Source: Lytechinus pictus
Taxonomy: Eukaryota
DNA: 64,000 nt
Assembly (NCBI RefSeq): GCF_037042905.1
Contig: NC_087251.1
Location: forward strand, 40,302,001-40,366,000
Direction: 5' to 3'
The first letter of the stretch is position 1. Each line of letters opens with the position of its first letter. The notes under the pieces are model-generated. The model was given only the letters and a program-made list of their open reading frames with translations. It had not been told where the DNA came from and did not search any database. Below, one piece after another: positions 39,401 to 49,499 of the stretch. The position numbers and the translations under genes are program-made.

Positions 39401-40929
39401 CATGTGGAATTACCAATGTTTCAACATTTTATGGTTCAGTGAATTGGTCCGTAATCTCAAATCTATAAAAAATTAAATATTGTATAATTCAAACAATAAA
39501 AAACAAAAGAAATAGTGAGGGACATCATCGACTGTCTCATTTGCATGTCACTGAGTTGTGCATATTACTGTTTGTGAAAAATAAGCAAAACTTTAAAGTG
39601 TCATAACTTTTTTATTTTACATCCGATTTTGATGAAATTTTCAGCGTTATGCTTGTTTGATTTTTCTCCATTTATTCAAATCAACATTGTTCTTGGGTGG
39701 ACTTGACCTTTAACAAAATTCTATTTCTTCTTGCTCTAGATTATCAATTGAGTTTTCAAGCATTGAAACCCACTGTATGTTGTGCATTCATCTGGATCTA
39801 CTACCGGGCCAATATCCATTCACAAGAATTCCACACAGCTCTATCATCAAGATAGGAAAAATAAGGTAAGAATTTCACTATTAACATCCATGAAGTGATG
39901 AACGACATTTTTTAATATAGGCTACTGTATGTACAGGGGCCTATTATAGAAAGAGTTGCTCTGAAACACAACTAATACACTTGGCACAATCCCTTATATG
40001 CATTTCATTGGTAAAAGTCAAGTTTGAACCCAATTCTTTCTGCATGTGCCCACTGATAGATTTTCATTTATTACATTGCTTTTGTGACAAAACGTTACAC
40101 ATTTCAGCCATGTTGATTAGGCATTTTTAGTTAAGTGTGGGGTTTGATAAAAAGAAGACATTGTTGCTGAGCAAATGTTTTACTTGTAGTTTAGAAATAT
40201 CCTTTTGATGGTGATTACAAAGGTTTGTATCCATTTCGTCTACTAGCAAATAATTCTAATTCTCAGATCGTCTATCATGGCTTTCCCACTTGGTCTGTTA
40301 TCAATTTGGTCTATCATTTTAGTCTAATAGAACAGATGGTCTAATCAAATTACTGATTTCATTAATTAACAAATCAATTTTTTCCCCTCTCCATAGGGAT
40401 TTTATTAATTTTTCAACATACAAGGGTGTGAGAGTTCAGATTTTTATCTGATATCAGATTTTTTTGTTTTGATTTTCAGCTTAATTTCTGCTTATTTTGG
40501 CCTTCCTCTGTACAAAAAGTATGGGAGCTCTTTCTATTTCAGACTTTTTCAACACTCTTCAGCTTTTTTCAGATCTTTTTATTTGTGACCACTCACACCC
40601 CTGAACATAATACTTTTGTATTTTAATATAATATTTCAAAATGACTTATTTTATCAAAGGACTACATTTTTAAATTGACTCATTTTGTGAAATTAGTCAT
40701 TTCATTCTAGTTTTTCAAATGACCAATTTGAAATGACTAGTTTCATCACAATCAAATTATTACTTGGTTTTGTCAGTGAAATGACTAATTTCATCTATCA
40801 TAAATACTATCATAATTTTTCAGTGAGAAGGCCATCAGTGACACCATTGATGCAGTTCAACCAGGATGGGGGTACATCTCAAGAATCACCAAAGGCATCG
40901 AACAGCTTCTTCTCAAGCATTCAACATGA
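6413..40929 (+). CDS. KNL1: Kinetochore scaffold 1 (KNL1/CASC5/Spc105), whole spliced model, 20 coding exons, 5904 nt, about 1967 aa
   Basis: Exons 6413-6445, 8223-8317, 8816-8878, 10050-10142, 14986-15053, 16124-16214, 18281-22275, 23367-23533, 24437-24546, 26497-26587, 28023-28139, 30753-30840, 32341-32494, 33804-33959, 34954-35042, 36279-36335, 37458-37561, 38034-38134, 39740-39865 and 40824-40929 join in phase with no stop. The protein has SSILK, RRVSF, ITGLETLLSGPI, about 19 MELT-like motifs, a coiled coil and an RWD-like C terminus. Confidence 0.93.
6527..6756. mobile_element. Harbinger/Tourist-type MITE
   Basis: TIR GGGGGTGTTTCACAAAGAT; 3-bp TSD CTG. Confidence 0.8.
7225..8099. mobile_element. 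piggyBac-type non-autonomous element, interrupted by a MITE
   Basis: TTAA-CCCT...AGGG-TTAA ends; related sequence near 24620-25349, 31080-32250 and 36503-37240. Confidence 0.6.
7484..7899. mobile_element. CA..TG MITE with 7-bp TSD (P-element-like), copy 1
   Basis: TIR CAGGGTG(C/T)TACAT; ATTTCAT duplicated at both ends; near-identical to 16237-16678. Confidence 0.8.
8223..8317 (+). CDS. KNL1: KNL1 coding exon 2 (ILKTVSPSRTALSDLNPN...)
   Basis: AG and GTAAGT boundaries, phase 0 to 2; completes the SILK motif. Confidence 0.9.
8816..8878 (+). CDS. KNL1: KNL1 coding exon 3 (IEKKKRRSSRRVSFAETYQV)
   Basis: Contains the RVSF PP1-docking motif; canonical splice sites. Confidence 0.93.
8930..9360 (-). 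mobile_element. RTE-clade LINE 3' fragment
   Basis: The minus strand reads KWAGHLARSHDNRWTKRIAEWKP...LRWSD...EEAF with a frameshift and a stop, followed by a (TGA)n-type tail. Confidence 0.7.
10050..10142 (+). CDS. KNL1: KNL1 coding exon 4
   Basis: cccag and GTAAGT boundaries, phase 2 to 2, open frame EFLKDSDRKELGPWNDS... Confidence 0.85.
11083..11637. mobile_element. piggyBac-type MITE
   Basis: TTAA-CCCTTTGAACCC...GGGTTCAAAGGG-ATAA. Confidence 0.6.
11968..13100. mobile_element. hAT-like non-autonomous element with an internal ~190-bp tandem repeat
   Basis: CAGGGTTGG...CCAACCCT ends; TGTACATGTTTCAATGGAAGTGATT recurs near 12617, 12811 and 12990. Confidence 0.55.
14116..14702. mobile_element. 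Kolobok-type MITE, family A
   Basis: TTAA-AGGAGAATGAAAC...GTTTCATTCTCCT-TTAA with long imperfect TIRs; second copy at 45239-45824. Confidence 0.75.
14986..15053 (+). CDS. KNL1: KNL1 coding exon 5
   Basis: ctttag and GTATAG boundaries, phase 2 to 1; ends HRIT, leading into the conserved ITG.ETLL motif. Confidence 0.8.
15083..15945 (+). mobile_element. Helentron/DINE-1-like non-autonomous element with internal ~180-bp tandem repeats
   Basis: 5' GTCTCGCCTGCATAGCAGAG..AGAC hairpin, then repeated GAGTTTCAGGTCACATGACCAAGGTCAAAGGTCA units. Confidence 0.7.
16124..16214 (+). CDS. KNL1: KNL1 coding exon 6 (GLETLLSGPIKQE...)
   Basis: Resembles vertebrate KNL1 ITGMNTLLSAPI; phase 1 to 2. Confidence 0.88.
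16237..16678. mobile_element. CA..TG MITE with 7-bp TSD (P-element-like), copy 2
   Basis: CAGGGTGCTACATAA...TTATGTAGCATCCTG; flanks ACCTCAT and ACCCCAT. Confidence 0.8.
16766..17662. mobile_element. Foldback MITE with about 400-bp imperfect inverted arms
   Basis: TAGGGCTGAGTC...GACTCAGTCCTA ends; CTTGACTCTGAAAGATC (16961) mirrors GATCTTTCAGAGTCAAG (17455). Confidence 0.7.
18281..22275 (+). CDS. KNL1: KNL1 giant exon 7, carrying all MELT repeats
   Basis: 3995-nt open exon within ORF 18264-22301; ttacag acceptor and GTAAGC donor; many TxxF...M[ED][MLIF]T motifs. Confidence 0.95.
19836..20793 (+). repeat. Coding tandem repeat, 129-bp (43-aa) unit, 7 full units plus a partial 8th
   Basis: accagagtatttaactc recurs every 129 nt from 19836 to 20739; units differ by only a few substitutions. 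Confidence 0.97.
23367..23533 (+). CDS. KNL1: KNL1 exon 8, ending at a GC donor
   Basis: tgacag acceptor; AAG|GCAAGT gives the phase-0 junction needed for exon 9. Confidence 0.8.
23670..24118 (-). mobile_element. tRNA-derived SINE, interrupted
   Basis: The reverse complement begins GGGGCGTCGTGGT...GTGGGTTCGATTCC (A and B boxes) and has an (ATT)n-type tail; related pieces near 28575-28895, 37255-37410 and 870-1056. Confidence 0.6.
24437..24546 (+). CDS. KNL1: KNL1 exon 9 (ITEPSTLSNQLEDTCVIKPKADMYEWAIK...)
   Basis: attcag and GTAAGT boundaries, open frame. Confidence 0.87.
25369..26078 (+). mobile_element. Helentron/DINE-1-like element, near full length
   Basis: Same 5' hairpin and tandem units; 3' end GTAATGCAG...GACTGC.AGAGGCG.TCCACTTGTT. 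Confidence 0.7.
26497..26587 (+). CDS. KNL1: KNL1 exon 10
   Basis: ttgtag and GTATGT boundaries, phase 2 to 0. Confidence 0.85.
27116..27588. mobile_element. MITE nested in a Kolobok-type copy
   Basis: 24-bp perfect TIR CTTAATTCTCGCTACCCCAAATAG. Confidence 0.7.
27614..27758. mobile_element. Short Harbinger-type MITE nested in a Kolobok-type copy
   Basis: TIR GGGCCCGTTGCAGAAAGAG; flanks ATG and CTG. Confidence 0.75.
28023..28139 (+). CDS. KNL1: KNL1 exon 11 (CSEILEKGKNLEKYCKASSKTKMKGWRLQM...)
   Basis: ccccag and GTAGGA boundaries, phase 0 to 0; Spc7-like YC...K..W pattern. Confidence 0.87.
29745..30021. mobile_element. Harbinger-like MITE nested in a Kolobok-type copy
   Basis: GGCTTGGTCACACTG...CAGTGGAACCAGGCC imperfect TIRs. 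Confidence 0.55.
30753..30840 (+). CDS. KNL1: KNL1 exon 12 (coiled coil)
   Basis: tggcag and GTAAGT boundaries, phase 0 to 1. Confidence 0.87.
32341..32494 (+). CDS. KNL1: KNL1 exon 13 (coiled coil)
   Basis: ttttag and GTTTGT boundaries, phase 1 to 2; overlaps ORF 32352-32537. Confidence 0.85.
33804..33959 (+). CDS. KNL1: KNL1 exon 14 (coiled coil)
   Basis: ttgcag and GTAATA boundaries, phase 2 to 2; heptad-like E/K/L-rich sequence. Confidence 0.87.
34954..35042 (+). CDS. KNL1: KNL1 exon 15 (start of RWD region, LQEWRLQAF...)
   Basis: ctacag and GTGAGT boundaries; resembles the human LSEW...FTF segment. Confidence 0.87.
35373..35925 (+). mobile_element. Helentron/DINE-1-like element
   Basis: The 5' GTCTCGCCTGCA is inverted to the 3' TGCAGGCGAGAC; both ends lie in T runs. 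Confidence 0.7.
36279..36335 (+). CDS. KNL1: KNL1 exon 16
   Basis: ctatag and GTAAGT boundaries, phase 1 to 1. Confidence 0.83.
37458..37561 (+). CDS. KNL1: KNL1 exon 17 (SSAKLAHSLFF...DLPQ)
   Basis: ttttag and GTAAAT boundaries; resembles human SSLLVHKLIF...QLPK. Confidence 0.88.
38034..38134 (+). CDS. KNL1: KNL1 exon 18 (MMQHMSELVGQVRLLEAEV...)
   Basis: ttctag and GTATGA boundaries; resembles human MLEEFSLVVHHCRLLGEEI. Confidence 0.88.
39166..39709. mobile_element. Kolobok-type MITE, family B
   Basis: TTAA-AGGACAAG...CTTGACCT-TTAA; other copies or fragments near 24150-24277, 26990-27990, 29238-30071 and 62040-62318. Confidence 0.75.
39740..39865 (+). CDS. KNL1: KNL1 exon 19 (LSIEFSS...GQYPF...IGKI)
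   Basis: ctctag and GTAAGA boundaries; RWD-type YP motif. Confidence 0.88.
40824..40929 (+). CDS. KNL1: KNL1 last coding exon (...VQPGWGYISRITKGIEQLLLKHST*)
   Basis: tttcag acceptor; TGA at 40927-40929. Confidence 0.88.
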
Positions 40930-41838
40930 GAGATTGTATAGCTATTGTTATTATTCATATAATTATAGTGTAAAAAAATGTGTAAATTAGAGGAAATGAC
41001 CATTGTGAGATTAACCCTGGTTATTACAGCTTTATGTGCTGTCAAGTGTCAAGTGACATTGCACTGTTTTGTTTTTATTTTGCATGTGTTTTGTGGTGTG
41101 AGGATACAAGCGGTTACATTTGTACTTATAACATATAGAGTATCCTATGAATTACCAGCATATGGAGATGATTAATGTGAATATTAAAATCATATTACAA
41201 TGCAAATAGATGTATAGCTTTAGCACAGTGAAAGTAAATGGTAATAATGCTTGTAATAATAGAGACATTTGAAAATTCACTATTGGAATGTAAACTTTTA
41301 AAAGTAATACTTGCAGATGGTAATTCATGTAATTACAATGTAATGCTATATTGTGGATTCGTATGGATTTTGGTGTATTGGGACTCAATGCTAATGTGTT
41401 TAATCATCTACATACATGTAGTCTTTTGCCCTATCCCAATGAATCTGAAAATATTGTATTTCTTTTAATGCTAAATTAAAGATGATATTAGTTTTGCATG
41501 CCCAAATTCTGATATTATGCACACCCTAGATACCTGAAGTCCATTAAACTTGATCACTAGACAACTGGGATTATGTTTTTATACATATATGATAATCTAG
41601 ATTATCTAAATCAATTTCTTATACAGTGCTTAATTAAAACTACATGAAAAGTGAATTATTTGTACAGACAATATGGTTTTAATTACTAAAAGTCCCCCTC
41701 CCCTATCAGTGCATTTTGTTAATAGTTGCATTGGTAAATAGATCTATCACAGATGGTTCACAGGTCTACAACTATTTGTGAATCATGATACTATAATCAC
41801 GATTTGTTCTTTACTATTCTCTTTTTTTTTAACAGGAT

Positions 41839-42641
41839 TTTTGTCTCACCTGCATAGCAGAGTGAGACTATAGGCACCGCTTTTCCCACGGCGTCGGCGT
41901 CAACACCAAATCTTAACCGAAGGTTAAGCTTTTGAAATGTCATCCTAACTTACAAAATATATGTACCTAGTTCATGAAACTTGGCCATAAGGGTAATCAA
42001 ATATTACTGAACATCCTGCCTGAGTTTCAAGTCACATGACCAAGGTCAAAGGTCATTTAAGGTCAATGAACTTTGGCCATGTTGGGGGTATTTGTTGAAT
42101 TACCATCATAACTCTATAACTGTATTGGTCTAGTTCATAAAACTTGGACAAAAGAGTAATCAAGTATCACTGAACATCCTGTGCGAATTTCAGGTCACAT
42201 GACCAAGGTCAAAGGTCAATGAACTTTGGCCATGTTGGGGGTATTTGTTGAATAACCATCATAACTCTGAAAGTGTATGGATCTAGTTCATAAAACTTGG
42301 ACATAAGAGTAGTCAAGTATCACTGAACATCTCATGCAAGTTTCAGGTCACATGACCAAAGTCAAATGTCATTTAAGGTCAATGAACTTTGGCCATTTTT
42401 TGAGGTAATTATTAGATTGCTGTCATAGCTTTCAAAGTTTATAGATATAGTTTATAAAATGTGGATATAGGGGTAATCAAGTTACTGACAGGTCCTAGGT
42501 GTCGCATGATCAAGGTCAAATGTCATTTATTGTCAATGAACATAGTATTGTATCATTTGAATTGTGTTTTTGTGAATAATTATTTTATAGTAGTTTTCAA
42601 AGTCAGCACTGCTGCTATATTGAATTGCGTGATGCAGGTGA
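41839..42641 (+). mobile_element. Helentron/DINE-1-like element
   Basis: Same family with four tandem units; further copies near 22320-22780, 28990-30480, 32782-33330, 38645-38860 and 61750-61968. Confidence 0.7.
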
Positions 42642-44559
42642 GAAGAATTGTTATTCATAGGATGTAATTATTTGGATAGGTGTGTGTTAATAGAGCTTAT
42701 ATTTTTAACCTCTGATTAAAAGAGTCTAAACTTTGATTTAATTTATTATCAGTTGGAAATCTATGGATTTACTGATTATTTGGCCTACATATCTGGATTA
42801 AGTATATCAGTTCCTTTAAAATGAAATGAACACAGAGAAAAAGTGAGCTCCCTTTTAACAACATTTTAATGAAACAAATATTTTAGCAGGAGTGTTCTAA
42901 ACTTGGTGAATAACTTGTATCTAAAATCTACATAGACAATGAGACTCGGGCAGCATGAGTTAGGAGCACGTTTAGATACCTTTTTCCGAAATAACGATAG
43001 AATATAATTTCTTCCTTTAGTGTTCTTATTCAATCATGGCTAGGCCATGTTTTGAGAAAAATCTGATTTCAAAAGTGCAAAAATACAATTTTTTTTTGTA
43101 GATTTGAAGTCACTGAACTACAAAAATTTGAATTGTCCATATATGGGAATCAGCATGCGGGTGGTCCGTTGCAACTACTTGCTCAATTTTAAACCAATTC
43201 TCATAAAATTTGGCTCACACAGAGGTCTTGAGTGAAAAATGTGCAAGGCCCTTTTTTTTGTTCATAATTTGTCAGAAATTGTGATGGCATGCAAGATTCA
43301 TTTTTTCAATGTTGTGGAAACTGCATTGGGCCTACCATGGCATAGGCGGGTTATCAATCAGCTTCAGTGATATATCTACGTGCCTCTGGCTTTGACATGT
43401 GCTCATAAATGACTTGGCTTGAAAGTGAATGTACTATTCACACAGAATGTATTGAATGAGTTATTAATACTTCTGCCAAATTATTTACTAAAGAATATTT
43501 CATTAAAAAGGGCTGGTAGTTTGAAAAAGGAGGGAGTAACTCTTTGGCCGTGTTTAATTAACCTCTAAATTGAAATTTGTGTATATTTTTTGATGGGATC
43601 CATTTCCTGTAAATAAAAATAAAAAGATAATGAAATGTATGAAATGACTTCAGTTGCATGCTATTGTGTTGTGTAGTTTGTACCCGTCATTTTTCTAAAT
43701 TTTTTCTTTACCTCATGAACTACTCGGGCTATGCCAATTTGAGATAATGCCACATTTTCATGTGAAAAAAGGGAGACCAAAGACCAGTTAATGCTACTAT
43801 ATCTTGCATAACAGGGATCAGATATATTTAATGTATAAAAATGTCAAGTTAAATTGTAATAGATTTTTTTTTTGCCAAGATGTATACATGTACATTTATA
43901 TTTACAAGACTTTTAAACTCCCATGGACTGTGAAGAATGATCTTTTTGTATCTTTGTTTATTTCATTTGTCGCTTCTCTTGAACTGAATTATCTGAGTAT
44001 TCTTGTAAATGGGCAATTCCATGAAAAATGATACCCAAGGGCGCGTTGTTTTTTCCTGTAAAGTATTCAGAAAAGGTTATATCAACAAGATTTAATTAAA
44101 TAAAAGGTTGCCCTAGTCAGAAAAATATTTTTTTACCTCATGAAAAAAGGTGTTTCTTCAAAGACATTGCCATGAAATTCAGTGCATTTTGCATGTATTT
44201 CTTCTGAAGTAAAATTTGTCACCTTAAAATGACGCTCAGGTGAAATTTCTTATAATATGATAAAGCCGAGGACCTATTTTGACATATCATCCAACAGGAT
44301 TTAGGAAGGGTATAAATATTTTCAGAACGATGGCCATTTCAAACTTTTTGATTTCCACCGTGCCTGAAGTGTAAATGTCTGAAACGTTTTAGATACATAA
44401 GTTATTATAGCATGCTGTGTTTTTGTGTCATTTTGTTGCAAATTCCAACGCAAAGCTAAAATGATGATGATCCACAGCATGTTTCTGTTAAAGACATATG
44501 TGCAGGCTCATCCAATTTAGCTAATTATTACAGATCTGCTGAAAGAAGTGAGTTTTGAG

Positions 44560-45030
44560 AGATGATTTGAAGAGTTTAATGTTGTCAATTTCACGTAGTG
44601 AAGAAGGGAGGGAGTACTTCCAGAGGCATGGAGCAATAGATGAAAAGGCACGGTCTCCATATCCCTTTAGGTGTGTGATGGGTATATGAAGAGTGACACC
44701 AGTACCAGAAGCCAGGACATAGACGGCATTGTTCTACTATTAGGGAATTCACATAACCTGGAGCTAAACCATGGACAGCCTTGAAAGTCGGGAGAAAGAT
44801 TTTGAATTAGATCCTGTACTTATTTGGTAGTCAGTGCAACTCCATGAGAACAGGGGTGATGTGGTCATATTTCTTGGTACCAGTTAGCAGGCAAGCAGCA
44901 GCATTCTGTAAGTTCTGGAGTCTGTTCAGCATAATGGAAGGAAGACCAGCCAGCAAACTGTTACAGAAGTCAATCGTAGAGGTGATCAAGAAATGAATTA
45001 GGCTTTCTGCTGCAGAACAAGTGAGAAGCG
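44560..45030 (-). mobile_element. L2/CR1-group LINE ORF2 C-terminal fragment, degenerate
   Basis: LIHFLITSTIDFCNSLLAGLP...LQNLQNAAACLL...KYDHITPVLMELH matches the L2/Crack ORF2 tail consensus; in-frame stop at the conserved W. Confidence 0.8.
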
Positions 45031-45238
45031 TAAAATGTGATATCGCACAACATATCAACAAATTCTTCTAAGAAATTTTCAAAAATTCATCAATAAAATG
45101 GGTTACGGACATTACACCACCACTGCGTTACGGAAATTACGCATTTATAGCAGAGATGAAACTGCGTACCAGTAAAGGATTAAGTTTTGTTTCTTTACTG
45201 CATTGAAATGTAGCATAAATGGACGCTTTTGTCTTTAA

Positions 45239-45824
45239 AGGAGAAAGAAACCTTTGGAACATGTGGACTTGTTTTGAAACAGAAAAATCAAAGATTAAGA
45301 ACAAAGAAATTTTGAGAAAAATCGGACAAATAATGAGAAAGTTATGTGTTTTGTATATTGCGATCACTAATGCTATGGAGATCCTCCCATTGGCAATGTG
45401 ACAAAGATGTGTGATGTCACATGTGAACAACTTTCCCTTTGGTGGACTATTGAATACCCCAAAATGTCTCTTTTTTGCTCTTTCTTATGGTGATCAATAC
45501 AAACTCTTTATCCATGTTTTCTTTGAAATTTGTATTACATGCCCTCCTATAGAAAGAATACATGATCTACTGATAGATGTGATAAAAGAGGCAGTTTACA
45601 TGTAAGTGAAGTATGTACATAAGTACTGGGAGAGTTGTTCACAAGTGACATCACACATCTTCTTCGCATTGCCAATGGATCTCCACAGCATTAGTGATCA
45701 CAATATTCAAATGCTCATTACTTTCTCATCATTTGTCTGATTATTTTTTTCAAACTTTCATTGATCTCTATTTCTTTGATTTGTCTGTTTTCACACAAGC
45801 TATCTAGTTCCCTTTTATTTTCCT
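45239..45824. mobile_element. Kolobok-type MITE, family A, copy 2
   Basis: TTAA-AGGAG...CCT-TTAA; shares GATCACTAATGCTATGGAGATCCTCCCATTGGCAATG with the 14116 copy. Confidence 0.75.
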
Positions 45825-48080
45825 TTAATATGAACATTAATTTGGACATTAAAGGGGTTATCCAGTACTGGAATGATAAAATATAAATGAATGTATACAG
45901 TAACGTTTAACGAGCAAACCTTGAGACTTGCTTCAAATTCTCATAAAAGATGATCGAGACTTATTAGTATTTTTTTTTGGATTGGATTATTTTTGAAAAC
46001 GGGTAATTGCATTCCCATCATGAATATATGGTACATTTAGGGTGATGATGCCTCAACTTTCTTATATTTACATAAAAATAATCATTCAATATTTTCATAT
46101 AACATCAATTTTATGGCATTAGGTAAGGGTAGGATACCTAAAATAACTTGCAGCAATTATTAGTTCCTTCATGTTATATTTTGTTTTTGTTATTGTTAGA
46201 ATTGAATCATTTTTACTGTCTTTTAAAATTGTAAAGCGCATAGAGAGCTATACTATATTATGCGCTTAATAAATATCCTCTATTATTATTAAAATCTTAT
46301 ACATTTTCAGTAGACTGTCCTGTTTTTTAATTATCAGAGCAAATAATATAATTCATATAATAAAACACAAAAGAATTAGTACATGTAAAGTCAACATCAG
46401 CTCACTCACTTCATATTAGTGAGTGATTCCATGATATCAAGTCAGAATAAAAAGGTTGTGGTATCTTAATGGCCTTTTTGAAGTTGCAAAAATTGTCTGA
46501 AATGTAATGTCTGTATTGAATCTCCGAAAAGTTACTGGCTCATAATCCATAATTCATTTACCTTTGTGCACAGATCATTTTACCTCAATGTCATCTTATT
46601 TTTTGGTATTTAATCCTTTTAAGATAATCCATGATTCCGTTTCTTGCAACTATTATCACTATCAACACAATTTTTCTTTAGAATAGTATACAAATAATGA
46701 AAGTTTATGAGTGCAATAGACAAAATACTTCATGAGGTGAAAGATGAAATGATCCATCATTCATTTCATCTTTCACCGAATGAAGTAATGAATGAAGTAA
46801 TTTGTCCATTGCACGAATGATAAGAACATTCATTATTTGGTTTATATGACACCTAAAAATAGATTCTATTTCATATGAAATGTATGAATTTCGATGCAAA
46901 ATAATTATGTGAATGCAGTGCGAGCTCGGTCTGTTGATTGTCACGTACAATCAACATGCGCGCGTGCAGTGGACAAAATCGTATGGATCCAAAATTGCAC
47001 GGTTGATGACGTCATTGTAAAATGGTCTGAATGATCGATATCAAACAACCAATCAAATGGCAAGGATCTGTCTAGGTGTCATATAAATATCATTATCAAG
47101 CATACCGATAACAATCCCAACCTGTATTACTGTTAAAAATCTTTTGTACTGAATACACCTTTCCCTCTTTCAATTCACCCCTTTTTTAATAGCTTTCACT
47201 TGTTTTTTCTGTTTGTTTTCTTTAAAAAAAAAGTATTTCATACAATCCACTCTTTAGAAAGTGAGAAACTACACAGATGTCATTGTTTTATTCTTTTAAT
47301 ATTGCTCAACTATACATGTATATTTATGTAAAAAAAAATCATTATGTTGAAATGCTATATATAACTTTAATCTACTCCTAATCTCTTCCCATTCTTCTTC
47401 CTGACATTACTTCTTTTGTATACATTGCTCTCTTCATCCCCCTTCCCTTTATATATTTTAATATACATGTACATTTTTTTATCATTATTTATCTGTTTGT
47501 ATTTAGAAATTTTATTCTGTACAAATTCATGTAATTCAGCCCTTGGCTGCAGATTTAATTTTATCATAAATAAATACCATTTATCCATCTATCTATCTAT
47601 CTATCTTTCCTGATGAAGCCCTATGGGCGAAAATTTGATCAACTTTTCTATCTACGGTTGTTTTATTCACCTTGTATTTTGCTTTATATTACCACAACCG
47701 ACGCAGGACCTTCATTTATATTCTTATCTATCTATCTACAGTATCTATAAATATATCAATCATCAAAAGTGAATTTATCATGTACTGCTGAAAGTGTCTG
47801 AAATTGATAGTCTGGCTGTAAAGATTCTTTGTATATGCTCCGATATCTAAGAACATGATTCATAGTGGTGTTTGCATAGCCTACATTACATTGATAATGA
47901 ACTGCTATGAAAGTCCAAAGGGAATCTCAAATTAAATTGCAAAATCTGCTGTTTACTAAAACTAACTAATATACCATTAACATATTTTCCTATACAGCTA
48001 AACGGCAGGCATAGATTTAGACAGGTGTTAATTTTCAACCAAGTTAAAGCTACATTACAACAAGTGAAACACCTCTGGTA

Positions 48081-48503
48081 ATCTCGCCTGCATTGTGCGA
48101 TTCGTATAGCACCATTGCTGACTTTGAAAACGACTACGATGAATAACTATTCAAAAAACACCATTCATACTAAGTTAATTTACCATAAATGACTTTTGAC
48201 ATTGATGATGCAAAATTATCAGTGTTACTCGATTATTGCAATTCCAAGTTTCATGCAATAGATCCATTTACATTCAGAATTATGATGACATTTTAAAAAA
48301 AATACCCCCAAATAGTCAGTTCATTGACCTTTGACCTTGGTCATGTGACTTGAAACTCAGGCAGGATATTCAGTAATATTTGATTACCCTTATGGCCAAG
48401 TTTCATGAACTAGGTCCATACACTTTCTAACTTAAACTGTCATTTCAAAAACTTCGGAAAAACCGGTGCCTATTGTCTCGCTCTGCTATGCAGGCGAGGC
48501 AAA
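48081..48503 (-). mobile_element. Helentron/DINE-1-like element, reverse orientation
   Basis: TCTCGCCTGCATT at 48082 and GTCTCGCTCTGCTATGCAGGCGAG near 48476 are the reverse complement of the family ends. Confidence 0.65.
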
Positions 48504-49265
48504 AACCAGAAGAAAAATGTCGTCAAAGTTTCTTAGATGCTGACTTTCTTACAGTACTACATGTATGTCTTCCTATTCCTCCAAGACCAAGGGAAATGAA
48601 TGTTTTTTACCTTTTTATAAAGCCTGCTTAATCTTTGTGCCCCTTGCCTGGGTGAATGACCACAATAAAAAAACGTGGCTTGATAAGTGATGTAATAATT
48701 AGCATAGTCAATCGTGCACACTCAGAACAGTAGGATTACTGGATAGCCATTTTACGTACTGGAGTACATGGAAGATAAGTCTATGACATCACATATGAGG
48801 CCAATTGGAAGTCTCCACGGGTAGAGTGATTACCAATATTTACAACTTTTAAAAATTCATAACCGTCTGATTGTTTGTCCGATATTGTTCAAACTTTCAC
48901 CTAAAAACTTTTCTGATTTTTCATTTTCCTCTAAAAACAAGTTTTTATTTGGATTGAATTCCCCTCATAAGAGATTATACATAATAATCATAGATACGAG
49001 TGTAGGCATACACATCATACAAAAAAATATGTCGAGTGCTTCAAATGTAAAATATGATGACCACTGACTATCGGTATATAATTTCAAAGAATGCTACAAA
49101 CATGGTCATTGTACATAGTCAAAACTATAGAAATAAATACAAACTCGATTTGTCGAAAATAAAAAGAACCACGTCATCAGGAAACTTAACATAAAGTGTC
49201 CATGTGATGAAAGATAAGTTCATATTGCTATCCAATTGTGCAAATGTCTCTATTTTGTTGATATA

Positions 49266-49499
49266 TCATTGATAGTCATGTCCTGGTACCGGTACACTGT
49301 CCTTGCGAAACATAAGACTGCTCTGGTACTTAGACTGAGCCGTGTGGAACTCTGGCCTAAGAGCATCGTAACGTTCCAAGACTGGATGCTTGGACTCCAC
49401 CCTTGCTCTTGGCTCGACTTCGTTCATGCGTTCCCGTTTGTCCAGGAAAAGACTTTCATCGTGTGGGCCTTTAGGAATGATGCCACTCATTTCGCAGTT
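49266..49499 (-). CDS. TEX43: TEX43-like last exon
   Basis: caacag acceptor; lies within ORF 49266-49511. Confidence 0.88.
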   Translation of the reverse strand, partial: NCEMSGIIPKGPHDESLFLDKRERMNEVEPRARVESKHPVLERYDALRPEFHTAQSKYQSSLMFRKDSVPVPGHDYQ